A stretch of DNA of 64,000 nt. Source: Thermoplasmata archaeon. Its GTDB lineage: Archaea; Thermoplasmatota; Thermoplasmata; Lutacidiplasmatales; UBA184. The translations under genes were made by a program, and so were the position numbers. The stretch is taken from the NCBI GenBank assembly GCA_049300255.1, contig JBAQJJ010000030.1, forward strand, positions 24,531 through 88,530. Reading direction: 5' to 3'. The notes beneath the pieces are model-generated. The model saw nothing but the letters and a program-made list of their open reading frames with translations, was not told where the DNA came from and made no database searches. This document shows, piece by piece, positions 46,323-56,187 of this stretch (position 1 is its first letter; every line of letters starts with the position of its first letter).

Positions 46323-47723
46323 ATGGGTGATCCCGCTCAGTCTCCACGCTCGATTCTCGACCTGATCGGGAACACCCCCACGGTCCCACTCGAACGGATT
46401 GCGCGAGGGCTTCCCTACCGACTCGTCGCGAAGCTCGAGTTCCTCAACCCCGGAGGTTCGGTCAAAGACCGGATCGGTACCGCGATGATCGACGACGCCG
46501 AGGCGCGTGGGCTCCTCAAGCCGGGCGGTACGATCATCGAAGCGACCAGCGGCAACACGGGAGTCGGGTTGGCGCTGGTGGCTGCCGTACGAGGCTACCG
46601 AGCCGTTTTCGTGATCCCCGATAAGATGAGCTCCGAGAAGATCCGACTATTGCGGGCGTTTGGCGCGCGCGTCGTGGTGACGCCGAGCCAACTCCCTCCG
46701 GACCACCCGATGAGCCACTATTCGGTCGCGCGGCGTCTGGCGAAGGAGATTCCCGACTCGTATTACCCAAACCAGTACGAAAATCAACTGAACCCGGTGG
46801 CCCACTACCGGACCACGGCGCCGGAGATCGATCGCGCGGGTGGACCAGACCTCGCTGCGATCGTTGGGACGGTCGGCACCGGCGGCACGATGAGCGGGAT
46901 CGGACGCTACTTCAAGGAACATCGCCCCTCCGTCCGGATCGTGGCGGTGGACCCCATCGGATCGGTACTATCCCACTACTTCCAAACGAAGGAACTCGCG
47001 CGAGCCAGCCCGTACCAGGTCGAAGGGATCGGGGAAGACATGGTCCCCAAGACGATCCATTTCGAATTCCTCGACGAGTTCGTGCAAGTGAACGACCGGG
47101 AGTCGTTTGAGATGGCGCGCAGGCTAGCCCGAGAGGAGGGACTTTTCGTTGGCGGCTCCTCTGGATCCGCGGTCGCCGGGGCGCTGCGCTGGCTGTCGAA
47201 CCATCCTGTTCCCGAGGGGAAGACCGTCATCGTCATTCTTCCCGATTCGGGGGATCGGTATCTTTCCAAGTTCTACTCCGATGACTGGCTTCGCGAGAAA
47301 GGCTTCGCCGACGCCGACTCGCGGGCCGCGGACCTCTTGCGGTCCAAGGATTTGACTCCCGCGCTCGTCAGCGCGAGCCCCACGACCACCGTTCGAGACG
47401 CCCTGGCGTTGATTCGACACCACGGGATCTCTCAGCTACCGATCCTGGCCGGGCGCGATAACGTGGGCAGCCTGCAAGAAGACGAAATTCTCCGTCGCAT
47501 GCTGGCCGATGAGACCGTCCTGGATCGCACGGTACAGGTGGTACTCCAGCCTCCGTTCCCCGAGGTAGCGAGTGATGCCCCGATCGGCGAAGTGCTGCGG
47601 CAGCTCGCGGAACATCGGGCGATCCTGGTGCGTGATCCAGCCACCGGCGAAGCTCGGGGAGTCCTTACGCGGAATGATGTGCTCGGTTTCCTTGCCGAGC
47701 GAGGGGGCTCGCATGCGCTTTGA
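46323..47723 (+). CDS. cystathionine beta-synthase (PLP fold type II plus C-terminal CBS pair)
   Basis: LNPGGSVKDRIG PLP-lysine motif, the GNTG loop and two C-terminal CBS-domain-like repeats (HGISQLPIL..., AILVRDP...GVLTRNDVL). Confidence 0.8.
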   Translation: MGDPAQSPRSILDLIGNTPTVPLERIARGLPYRLVAKLEFLNPGGSVKDRIGTAMIDDAEARGLLKPGGTIIEATSGNTGVGLALVAAVRGYRAVFVIPDKMSSEKIRLLRAFGARVVVTPSQLPPDHPMSHYSVARRLAKEIPDSYYPNQYENQLNPVAHYRTTAPEIDRAGGPDLAAIVGTVGTGGTMSGIGRYFKEHRPSVRIVAVDPIGSVLSHYFQTKELARASPYQVEGIGEDMVPKTIHFEFLDEFVQVNDRESFEMARRLAREEGLFVGGSSGSAVAGALRWLSNHPVPEGKTVIVILPDSGDRYLSKFYSDDWLREKGFADADSRAADLLRSKDLTPALVSASPTTTVRDALALIRHHGISQLPILAGRDNVGSLQEDEILRRMLADETVLDRTVQVVLQPPFPEVASDAPIGEVLRQLAEHRAILVRDPATGEARGVLTRNDVLGFLAERGGSHAL

Positions 47724-48858
47724 TACCAAACTGATCCACTCCGGCCAATCGGCCGACGTCGCGACGGGGGCAGTGAACGTTCCGATCTACCTCTCGAGCA
47801 CGTTCCAACAGGCGGCGCCGAATCAGAACAAGGGGTACGTGTACAGTCGGACCAGGAACCCCACCCGCACGATGCTGGAGCAGACGTTAGCGGAACTCGA
47901 GTCGGGCCGGACGGGCATCGCATTTGCCTCTGGGATGGCGGCGTTCGCGACCCTGCTCGCCCATTTCCCAGGCAGGAGCCGCGTGATCGCGACCGACGAT
48001 CTGTACGGCGGAACCTGGCGACTCCTCGAGCATCATCGCAAGCAGTACGGCCTCCAAGTCGAGTACGTGGATACTACGCGGCCCGAACTCGTCGAGGCCG
48101 CACTCGAATCCGGACCAACGTCCCTCGTGTTCCTCGAGAGCCCGACCAATCCGTTGATGCATGTGGTGGACCTTCGCGCGATCGCCCGTCTCGCGCATCG
48201 ATATCGCGCGCTCGTCGGGGTCGACAATACGTTCGCGTCCCCGGCGCTCCAACGCCCCTTAGAATTGGGTGCTGACCTAGTGCTCCACTCTACGACAAAG
48301 TACCTAGGCGGGCATTCCGACGTCGTCGGCGGGGCGCTCGTCACGCGCGAGCGGAAGTTGGGGCAGCGGCTCCTTTGGCTGCAGAACGCCGCCGGGGCAG
48401 TGCCGAGCCCGTTTGACTGCTTTCTTGTCCTACGGGGCATTCACACCCTCGGCGTTCGCATGCGGGCGCACGAGCTCAGCGCGCGCGCGGTGGCGAGAAG
48501 TCTCGAAGGGAGCCCCGTGGTTCGCGCGGTCCACTATCCTGGCTTGAAGTCCCATCCGCAGCACGCGCTCGCCTCCCGACAGATGGATGGCTACGGAGGG
48601 ATGGTGAGTTTCGATCTCCGCGGAGGGATGGCTGCGGCTCGGCGATTCCTACGTCGGCTCCGGGTCTTCACGTTGGCCGAGAGCCTGGGCGGCGTGGAGT
48701 CCCTCGTGGATCACCCCGCGACCATGACCCACGCGAGCGTGGCGAAAGAGGTTCGAGAGGCCCGCGGCATCTCGGACGGCCTGATCCGACTGTCCTGCGG
48801 CATCGAAGACCCGCGAGACTTGTCGGCGGACGTGCTCCAGGCGCTTCGGGCGGTGTAG
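47713..48858 (+). CDS. cystathionine gamma-lyase / gamma-synthase family PLP enzyme
   Basis: MRFDTKLIHSG start, YSRTRNPT and HSTTKYLGGHSD (PLP lysine). Overlaps the upstream gene by 11 nt. Confidence 0.85.
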   Translation: MRFDTKLIHSGQSADVATGAVNVPIYLSSTFQQAAPNQNKGYVYSRTRNPTRTMLEQTLAELESGRTGIAFASGMAAFATLLAHFPGRSRVIATDDLYGGTWRLLEHHRKQYGLQVEYVDTTRPELVEAALESGPTSLVFLESPTNPLMHVVDLRAIARLAHRYRALVGVDNTFASPALQRPLELGADLVLHSTTKYLGGHSDVVGGALVTRERKLGQRLLWLQNAAGAVPSPFDCFLVLRGIHTLGVRMRAHELSARAVARSLEGSPVVRAVHYPGLKSHPQHALASRQMDGYGGMVSFDLRGGMAAARRFLRRLRVFTLAESLGGVESLVDHPATMTHASVAKEVREARGISDGLIRLSCGIEDPRDLSADVLQALRAV

Positions 48859-48861
48859 GTC

Positions 48862-50301
48862 GTGCGTCGCCCGACGATCTACGACTCGCTCACGCGCGAG
48901 AGCCGCCTATTTGCTCCGATCGTCCCACCGAAAGTGAACCTCTTTGTCTGCGGCCTGACCCCATATGCCGAAGCCCACATCGGACACGCCAAGACGGCGG
49001 TGACGTTCGACGTCGTGGCGCGCACCCTCACGCGCTGGGGGTACCGCGTGTTCCACGTTCAGAACGTCACGAATCTCGATGACAAGGTCATCGCTCGGGC
49101 CGCTGAGCTTGGCTCCGACCCGCTCGTGGTCTCGGAACGGAACGCGATCTCCTGGCAGTTGGCGATGCAGCGACTCGGGGTCCGGACAGTCAATTATTAC
49201 CCCTATGCCACCGACTTCATCCCGGAGATCATTCGCCAGACCGAGTCCTTGATCGCGAAAGGAGCCGCGTATGCCGTGGAGGGTTCCGTCTACTTCGAAG
49301 TGGCCAAGTTTCCGGAGTACGGGAAGCTCTCGGGTCAGCGCGTCGAGGCCCTCCGACCCGGTGCCCGGGTCGAGGTCGATCGACGCAAACGGGCGCCGGA
49401 AGACTTTGTGATCTGGAAGGCTGCAACTCCGGGCGAGCCGTCGTGGGAGAGCCCGTGGGGGCCGGGCCGGCCCGGATGGCATATCGAGGATACGGCGATC
49501 ACGCTGCGTCTGCTGGGCGAGCGGTATGACGTCCACGGAGGGGGACTCGACCTGATCTTCCCGCATCACGAGGCCGAGATCGCACTCGCCGAGAGCACGA
49601 CCGGCAAGTCCCCGCTCGTGAATTTCTGGATGCACGTGGGTCTTTTGAACATGGGAGGCGAGAAAATGTCGAAATCGCTCGGCAATGTCTATTCGCTTGA
49701 CTCGGCGCTGGACGAGTTCGGCCCGATGGTCATACGATTCTACTACGTCAACGCTCACTATCGGAGTCCCCTTGATTTCGTTCCCGGTAAGAGCCTCGAG
49801 GAGGCTCGAGAGGCCTACGAGCGACTGAACGGTACTCATCAGAAGATCCGGGCCCTCTTACAGGCGGAGGGCATGGAGCGCGGAGGTCAGGAGCTCCCGG
49901 CCGACGTCGCGCAATCGGCCTCCGATGCCCTCGACGCGATGGAGTCGGCGATGGCCGACGATTTCAACACCCGAGAGGCGATGGCACGTCTCTTCGAATG
50001 GGTTACGGCGATCCAGCCGTGGATGCCCCGCATCGAAACCCTATCGGGCACGGCGCTGGGATCCCTCAACATTCCGTTCCGATGGGCCGAAGAGGTGTTG
50101 GGCTTGTTCGAGGACGGCCCGGCGGCGATGACCGAGGGCTGGACGCGGGTCGTGGAGGTCGCGATCGCCGCCCGAGCGCGGGCGCGCGCTCGTGGTGATT
50201 TTGCCGAGGCCGACCGGATCCGCGACGAACTGGCCCAAGCCGGAGTTCGCATCGAGGATCATGACGGCGGGACCCGGTGGACGGTCGCCCGGGAGTCGTG
50301 A
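48862..50301 (+). CDS. cysS: cysteine--tRNA ligase
   Basis: HIGHAKT (HIGH) and KMSKS motifs. WHIEDTA zinc/cysteine-binding region. Confidence 0.9.
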   Translation: MRRPTIYDSLTRESRLFAPIVPPKVNLFVCGLTPYAEAHIGHAKTAVTFDVVARTLTRWGYRVFHVQNVTNLDDKVIARAAELGSDPLVVSERNAISWQLAMQRLGVRTVNYYPYATDFIPEIIRQTESLIAKGAAYAVEGSVYFEVAKFPEYGKLSGQRVEALRPGARVEVDRRKRAPEDFVIWKAATPGEPSWESPWGPGRPGWHIEDTAITLRLLGERYDVHGGGLDLIFPHHEAEIALAESTTGKSPLVNFWMHVGLLNMGGEKMSKSLGNVYSLDSALDEFGPMVIRFYYVNAHYRSPLDFVPGKSLEEAREAYERLNGTHQKIRALLQAEGMERGGQELPADVAQSASDALDAMESAMADDFNTREAMARLFEWVTAIQPWMPRIETLSGTALGSLNIPFRWAEEVLGLFEDGPAAMTEGWTRVVEVAIAARARARARGDFAEADRIRDELAQAGVRIEDHDGGTRWTVARES

Positions 50302-50303
50302 GC

Positions 50304-51344
50304 ATGCTCGGATTCGGATTCCAAGAGCACGGGTCGGCGGAAGGGCTCGGCTACGTCGATATCGCGGAGCCGGTAGCGGGACCTGGTCTAGTACGGATTC
50401 GCATTCATGCGGCAGGATTCAACCGGCTCGACCGATTCACGCTCGCCGGTATCCCTGGCGTTCCGGTGGACCGACCCCATGTGCTGGGCTCTGATGGAGC
50501 GGGGGAGGTCGATTCATTCGGAGACGACGTGACCGATCTGACTGTAGGCACCCAAGTACTGGTCAATCCGGGCCTCTCGGATGGCACGTGTGACGCTTGT
50601 CTCGCGGGCGAAGAGTCGTTCTGCCGAAATTTTCGGATCCTCGGAGAACATACTCAAGGGTCGGCGACGCGCTTCATCGTCGTACCGCGGCGCAACGTCT
50701 ACCCCCTCCCACGGTCGCTGAACTATGCCGAAGGGGCGGCCGTTCCGTTGGTCTTCCAGACCGCTTGGCGGGCGCTGAAGACCGTCGCGCAACTCCGGCC
50801 TGGCGAACGGGTCGCGATCATTGGAGCGGGAGGAGGGGTCACCACCGCCGCCGTTCAGATCGCCAAGCGGCTGGGCGGAAACGTGGCCGTGGCTTCCCGG
50901 ACAGAAGCCAAAGCCGAACGAACCCGGTCGCTCGGGGCCGACGACATCCTGGTCTTTGGAGAAGACCGGCCGCTGGACAAGGTGCTCTGGGATTGGAGCG
51001 GGAAACGGGGGGTAGATGTCATCTTTGACTCCGTCGGCGCCCCCACCGTACCCCGATCGCTCCGTGCTCTGGCCCGAGGCGGTCGGGTCGTCGTGATCGG
51101 GGCCACCGCGGGACCATTGGCCGAGATCGACCTGCGGACCCTCTTCTGGCGCCAGTCGTCGCTCCGGGGGAGCACCATGGCCAATCGATCCGACTTCGAC
51201 GAAGTGCTGGCCCTCCTGGCGCGGGGCGATCTCAAGCCGGTCCTCGACTCAATATTTCCGTTCGAGCAAGGGGCCGGTGCCTTCTCCCGGCTCGACGCAC
51301 CGGACCTGTTTGGCAAGGTCATTTTACGGGGCCCCACGCCGTAA
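50304..51344 (+). CDS. zinc-type alcohol dehydrogenase / quinone oxidoreductase (MDR superfamily)
   Basis: GSDGAGEV, CxxC-type structural region (CDACLAGEESFC) and the GAGGGVT Rossmann motif. Confidence 0.75.
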   Translation: MLGFGFQEHGSAEGLGYVDIAEPVAGPGLVRIRIHAAGFNRLDRFTLAGIPGVPVDRPHVLGSDGAGEVDSFGDDVTDLTVGTQVLVNPGLSDGTCDACLAGEESFCRNFRILGEHTQGSATRFIVVPRRNVYPLPRSLNYAEGAAVPLVFQTAWRALKTVAQLRPGERVAIIGAGGGVTTAAVQIAKRLGGNVAVASRTEAKAERTRSLGADDILVFGEDRPLDKVLWDWSGKRGVDVIFDSVGAPTVPRSLRALARGGRVVVIGATAGPLAEIDLRTLFWRQSSLRGSTMANRSDFDEVLALLARGDLKPVLDSIFPFEQGAGAFSRLDAPDLFGKVILRGPTP

Positions 51345-51400
51345 TCCTCGCCGAGCGCGGCGTCCTCCGTTCGTCCTGCGCGCCCCCGCTACCAATTGAT

Positions 51401-51407
51401 TTTTATA
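51401..51407 (+). promoter_or_regulatory. TATA-like box (TTTTATA) for the large surface protein gene
   Basis: About 26-29 nt upstream of the candidate TTG (51427) and GTG (51433) starts. Confidence 0.4.
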
Positions 51408-51426
51408 CGGGGACCCCGCCTTTATT

Positions 51427-54426
51427 TTGTCCGTGGACCGTTCAATTCGTTCTCCTCTCGGTCGACGAGGGGCGCTCTTTTCTCACTCTGGTACCGTTTT
51501 GGGAATCCTGGCGATCGCCCTCGTAGGAATGTTCCTTTTGGGGGGCCTGCCCTCGTTTTCCGTCCCGACTGCCGCGAACGCTGTAACCCCGGCGGTCGGT
51601 ACCGCGCACCCCCCCCTCATCACGCATGGCGACCTGGTAGTGTTGGCCGGTCAGACCGTCACCATTCAGCCAACCTCGAGCTCCCAGCCTTACTTCCAAG
51701 CGGGCAATATCACGGTCGAGAGCGGCGGTACCCTAATCGTGCAGAACACCACGCTGTCGGTCGTTCAATTCGTCTCGGATGTGGGCACTCCGATTCAGCG
51801 CCTCAGTCACATCTACCACTTCGTCGATCAGGGAACCGTTACGTTCAATAATTCGATCCTGACGACGGACACCAACATTCTCAACGACTACCCCAAACTC
51901 AACGTTACCGTCAACGGCGGCGTCATGACCCTCTTCCAGAGCTCGTTTGAGTTTCCAGGCTGGCTGAACGTGGAGGGGAAAAGCGCGGTCTTCACCGCCA
52001 ACCAGAGCAGGATCACCAATAACTCGGCCGTCAACCTATTGGGCGCGGAAGCCGCGATTGCCGGGGATGTCGACTTTGCTCCCGCCGTCACCGTGACCGG
52101 AGGGGCGCAGTTCAACCTGCTCCAAAGCTATTACAACAACACGTACGCGGACAATCTGACCGCGAACGGCGTTCCGGGCCCGACAATCGGATTCGCCCCC
52201 CCCAGCGGCCAGGTCGCGACCATCACCGGGGCGGGCTACACTATCGAACAGTTCAACCTGGATACCGATTCGGAGTCACTCGTTCGAGATTGGTTGAACC
52301 CGACCGCCCCGGTCATCGGCGGCTCGATCACGGTTATCTACAATACGACCGCGAACCACGTCACTTCGGTCCCCACGCTGACCGTGAACGGGAACTCGTT
52401 CCCATTCGACTACGGCTTCAACTTCACGGAGGGATACGGCCTCGTCGTCACGATCCCGCTGATCTCGACGGCGGTCGATTATCTCGACACCCAGGGAGTA
52501 TTGAACTTCCTCAACTACACGGGCAGCTTCGGCACAGGAGCATCGGTCCTGAACCTCAGCTTCGGACCGACCACGGGTCCAGTCAACATCTCCATGACCA
52601 CCTTGACCCTCGACCCCGCCCTGAACTTCAACCTGAACGTAAGCGGAGCGGGCACCACGTTCACCTCCGCGGATAGTGCGATCGACTTGACGTGGGCCCT
52701 CCCGCCCGCGAGCCCGGATCAGCTCACCACCCCCTATCCATGGTACTCGAACAAGGTCTGGCTCTCGGGTGGCGCGGACGGCTACTTCGGGAACCTCTCA
52801 ACCTTCGTCTCCTACTCCGGCTCATACGACCAAACCGCCGTAGTGCAGACCCAGGGAACCAGCAATGCGACGTTCTACCGCTGGGCCGCTCTCCCAATCA
52901 CGGGTAAGAACAAGGTACCGATCCCTCAGGCCCAGACCTTGGCGTTCTACGCCTACGGGTCTACCCAAGCGAACAATGCGACCGCCGCCTGGGCCAATCA
53001 GCTCTCGGTCGCGAGCCCTACTCTTTGGAACTACGTGAGTTGGTGGGATAGCTCACACGGGATCAAGAGCTACGGGGCCTCCGACGCTCGCGGCGTCTCG
53101 TACCGGCTACTCGCCTCGTCGCAACTCAACGCTTCGGACCTTCCGGGAGGTAACTTCCTCGGAGCCTACCATGTTGCGGTCAGCACTCCGGGCGGTGGCG
53201 CAGGCTCGACCCGCTGGTTCAACTGGTCGGTGACTCCCTTCCCCTATGGTCTGACCTACCCTGCTTCGATCGACTATGCCCCCACGACGAACTTCCCGCT
53301 CTACACCCAAACGATCACGCTCTATGACGTCCAGTTCGGGATGGCGGGCACGATCAACATCGACACGACCTACGTCGTCTCCGGAAAGGTCTCGTTCAAT
53401 GGGACCGAGCCGGTGCTCGTCAACGTCACCGCCACTCCCTCCGGCGGCGGCAGTCCGATCCTGATCGCCCAGAACGGCGACGTGACCAACGGCTCCTTCG
53501 ACTTCGACTACTTCCCGCTCCAGCAGATCCTTGGGCCCGGAACGTACACCCTGACCATCACGGGCTACTTCAACGGAGCCACTTCTCCGACGATCACGGC
53601 GCCGAGTACCGTTACCGTAGCGGGAACGGCCTCGTCGACCCCCGGTCTCCTGTTCCAGAAAGTGCTGGGACTTCCGCTCTGGCTGTGGCTCGCGATCATC
53701 GTCGCGGTCGTGGTGGTCCTGTTGGTGCTCTTCCTCGTCGTCATCCCGCGCCAAGCGCGCGGCAAGCTCGTGGAATGCGGGGAGTGCGGGGAGCTGATCC
53801 CTGCCGATGCGCTCGTATGTCCGAAGTGCGGCGCGGAGTTTGAATCCGACCTCGTGCGTTGCAGTCGATGCAGCGCGACGATCCCAGCGAATTCGGAGTA
53901 CTGCCCAGAATGCAGTGCCCAGTTGCTCGGTAAGCCCGGCGCCGAAGCCGCGGACCCCGAGCGCCAGGGCTACGCGGACTTTGTCGAGCGCTTCCGTGGT
54001 GACGCCAAGCGCGAGCTCGGCGAAAACTACAGCGAGGGCGCGTTCTGGGACTGGTGGAAGCGCCAGCCGACCTACGTTCCGTATAGCCAGTGGCGAATGC
54101 AGCAAGGCCAGGGCGCTTCGCGCGCCGGCATGACCGCTCCTCCCGCTGCGAACGCCGAAGTCTCGGTGGCAACCCCCCCTCCCCAGCAGCCCCCCAAGGG
54201 CGGTGCAGGCGGCGCCATGGCCGCGGGCAGTGCACCCACTGGCGCCGCGCCCCCTCTCTCCAGCCCCCCTGCGGGTCGCGCTCCGAGTACGACGCCGACG
54301 ACCGCCGCGGCACCCCCGACTACCGCCGCTCCAACGGGAGGTGGGCTCAAACCGTGCCCGAACTGCGGCAAGGAAGTCCCGCCCGAGTATCTGGTCTGTC
54401 CGTTCTGCGGCGCCGTCACACAATAG
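51427..54426 (+). CDS. large N-X-S/T-rich surface protein with single TM helix and cytoplasmic zinc-ribbon tail
   Basis: Signal/TM near the N-terminus, then a ~700-aa extracytoplasmic part with more than 20 NxS/T sequons and TM LWLWLAIIVAVVVVLLVLFLVVI. The tail has CGECG..CPKCG, CSRCS..CPECS, a Pro/Ala/Thr-rich linker and a final CPNCG..CPFCG. Confidence 0.6.
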   Translation: MSVDRSIRSPLGRRGALFSHSGTVLGILAIALVGMFLLGGLPSFSVPTAANAVTPAVGTAHPPLITHGDLVVLAGQTVTIQPTSSSQPYFQAGNITVESGGTLIVQNTTLSVVQFVSDVGTPIQRLSHIYHFVDQGTVTFNNSILTTDTNILNDYPKLNVTVNGGVMTLFQSSFEFPGWLNVEGKSAVFTANQSRITNNSAVNLLGAEAAIAGDVDFAPAVTVTGGAQFNLLQSYYNNTYADNLTANGVPGPTIGFAPPSGQVATITGAGYTIEQFNLDTDSESLVRDWLNPTAPVIGGSITVIYNTTANHVTSVPTLTVNGNSFPFDYGFNFTEGYGLVVTIPLISTAVDYLDTQGVLNFLNYTGSFGTGASVLNLSFGPTTGPVNISMTTLTLDPALNFNLNVSGAGTTFTSADSAIDLTWALPPASPDQLTTPYPWYSNKVWLSGGADGYFGNLSTFVSYSGSYDQTAVVQTQGTSNATFYRWAALPITGKNKVPIPQAQTLAFYAYGSTQANNATAAWANQLSVASPTLWNYVSWWDSSHGIKSYGASDARGVSYRLLASSQLNASDLPGGNFLGAYHVAVSTPGGGAGSTRWFNWSVTPFPYGLTYPASIDYAPTTNFPLYTQTITLYDVQFGMAGTINIDTTYVVSGKVSFNGTEPVLVNVTATPSGGGSPILIAQNGDVTNGSFDFDYFPLQQILGPGTYTLTITGYFNGATSPTITAPSTVTVAGTASSTPGLLFQKVLGLPLWLWLAIIVAVVVVLLVLFLVVIPRQARGKLVECGECGELIPADALVCPKCGAEFESDLVRCSRCSATIPANSEYCPECSAQLLGKPGAEAADPERQGYADFVERFRGDAKRELGENYSEGAFWDWWKRQPTYVPYSQWRMQQGQGASRAGMTAPPAANAEVSVATPPPQQPPKGGAGGAMAAGSAPTGAAPPLSSPPAGRAPSTTPTTAAAPPTTAAPTGGGLKPCPNCGKEVPPEYLVCPFCGAVTQ

Positions 54427-54505
54427 TGGGATCGACGCGCCCGTCGCACGCCACGAACTATTGGTGGGTCGTTCGATGAGCCAACGGTTTTAACTCGACC
54501 TCCGC

Positions 54506-55756
54506 ATGGGGCGGACGACCTCGATGCCCGGCGACGTGGAAAGTGGCCGTCTGAAGATCGGATGGGCCCGAAGCCACATGCCGATCCTCGAAGGGATCCG
54601 GCGCCGATTCAAGTCGGAGAAGCCGTTCCAGGGACTGACGGTCTCCTGCGTTCTACATGTCGAGGCGAAGACCACCGCCCTCGCCCTTGCGCTGCAAGCG
54701 GGCGGGGCGGACGTCCGCCTGGCCGCGGGGAATCCGCTCTCTACGGACGACGACGCCGTGGTGGCCGTTCGCGAGCTGGGCGTCGAAACCCACGCGGTCA
54801 AGGGCGAATCGGTGGCCGATTTCAAGGCCGGCGTTCACGCGATGCTGGACGCCGATCCGGATGTGATCATCGACGACGGCGCGGACTTGGTCGCCCTCGT
54901 GCTCCAAACCCGCAAGGGTCGCGGCAAGATCCGAGGTTCGACCGAAGAAACGACCGCAGGGGTCAATCGGTTGCGCGCGATGGAGCGTGCCGGAGTGCTC
55001 CCTTTCCCTGCGATCGTCGTAAATGATGCCCCGATGAAGCACTTGTTCGACAATCGGTACGGCACGGGGCAGTCGACGTTGGATGGGATCATGACGGCGA
55101 CGAATCTGCTCATCGCGGGGCGCGTCGGCGTGGTCGCGGGCTATGGGTGGGCCGGTAAGGGGGTGGCGATCCGCTTGCGGGGGATGGGTGCCGAGGTGAT
55201 TGTCACGGAGGTCGATCCGGTGCGCGCCATCGAGGCGCGGCTGGATGGGTTCGCCGTCGAGCCCATGCTCGAGGCTGCGAAGCGCGCCGACCTGATCGTT
55301 ACCGTGACGGGCAACACGCAGGTCGTGCGGGCGGAGCATTTTAAGGTCATGAAGAACGGCTGCTTGCTCTCCAATGCCGGACACTTCGATGTCGAGATCT
55401 CGAAGTCGGATCTGGCCGGACTTGCCGTCAGCCACGCGGTGGTGCGCCCGAGCGTGGAGGAGTTCGTGTTCGCCGATGGGCGTCGCGTCTATCTTCTCGG
55501 AGATGGACGTTTGATCAATCTCGCCACGGGCCAAGGACATCCCGTCGAGATCATGGACCTCAGCTTCGCGCTCCAGGCCCTCTCCGCCGAGTACCTCGTA
55601 CATCACGGACGCGAGCTGGCCGTTCAGGTCCACCCGGTGCCCCCCGAGATCGATGCGGCCGTGGCGCGCGCGGCGCTGGCATCGCTGGGGGTAGGGCTGG
55701 ACGAGCTCACTGCGACCCAGCGCGCGTATCAGGATAGTTGGATGGAGGGAACGTGA
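54506..55756 (+). CDS. ahcY: adenosylhomocysteinase
   Basis: Archaeal-length (416 aa) SAHH. Motifs HVEAKT, EETTAGV, NDAPMKHLFDNRYG and the GYGWAGKG NAD motif. Confidence 0.9.
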   Translation: MGRTTSMPGDVESGRLKIGWARSHMPILEGIRRRFKSEKPFQGLTVSCVLHVEAKTTALALALQAGGADVRLAAGNPLSTDDDAVVAVRELGVETHAVKGESVADFKAGVHAMLDADPDVIIDDGADLVALVLQTRKGRGKIRGSTEETTAGVNRLRAMERAGVLPFPAIVVNDAPMKHLFDNRYGTGQSTLDGIMTATNLLIAGRVGVVAGYGWAGKGVAIRLRGMGAEVIVTEVDPVRAIEARLDGFAVEPMLEAAKRADLIVTVTGNTQVVRAEHFKVMKNGCLLSNAGHFDVEISKSDLAGLAVSHAVVRPSVEEFVFADGRRVYLLGDGRLINLATGQGHPVEIMDLSFALQALSAEYLVHHGRELAVQVHPVPPEIDAAVARAALASLGVGLDELTATQRAYQDSWMEGT

Positions 55757-56157
55757 CGGAAACCAAGATCCCGGAGGACCGGTACTACACAACGAGCCAC
55801 GAATGGGTGAAAAGTGAGGAGGGCGTGATCCTGGTGGGCATCACTGACCACGCACAATCGGAGCTAACCGACATCGTGTTCGTCGATTTGCCCTCGGTCG
55901 GAAAATCCGTCGCCGCCGGAGCTACCGTGCTCGTCCTGGAGTCGGTGAAGACGGTCGCCGATGTCTATGCGCCGCGGGACGGCACCGTCTCGGCGGTCAA
56001 TGCCGAGCTCAAACTGCACCCCGAGTGGATCAATCAGGATCCGTACGGCAAGGGCTGGCTGTTCAAGCTCGCGCTCGCGAGCGCGCTCGACCCGACGACC
56101 CTATTGGATGCGGGCAAGTATCGAGCCCACCTCGCGGCGGACCACGCGTCTCCCTGA
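55738..56157 (+). CDS. gcvH: glycine cleavage system H-type lipoyl carrier protein
   Basis: YYTTSHEWV and LESVKTVADVYAP (lipoyl-lysine motif). An alternative GTG start at 55753 is preceded by GGAGGG. Confidence 0.8.
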   Translation: MDGGNVTETKIPEDRYYTTSHEWVKSEEGVILVGITDHAQSELTDIVFVDLPSVGKSVAAGATVLVLESVKTVADVYAPRDGTVSAVNAELKLHPEWINQDPYGKGWLFKLALASALDPTTLLDAGKYRAHLAADHASP

Positions 56158-56187
56158 AGCCACGCGGCTCACAAAGATTCCAACGCC

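Noticed and set aside
53107-54423. Long antisense ORFs opposite confidently assigned genes. Examples are 53107-54423, 4442-5623, 54653-55792, 48907-49839, 39583-40476, 27322-28266 and 6019-6783.
   Set aside because: These are typical stop-poor shadow frames of high-GC genes. Their translations are Arg/Gly/Pro-rich and carry no motifs, while the opposite strand carries clear family signatures.
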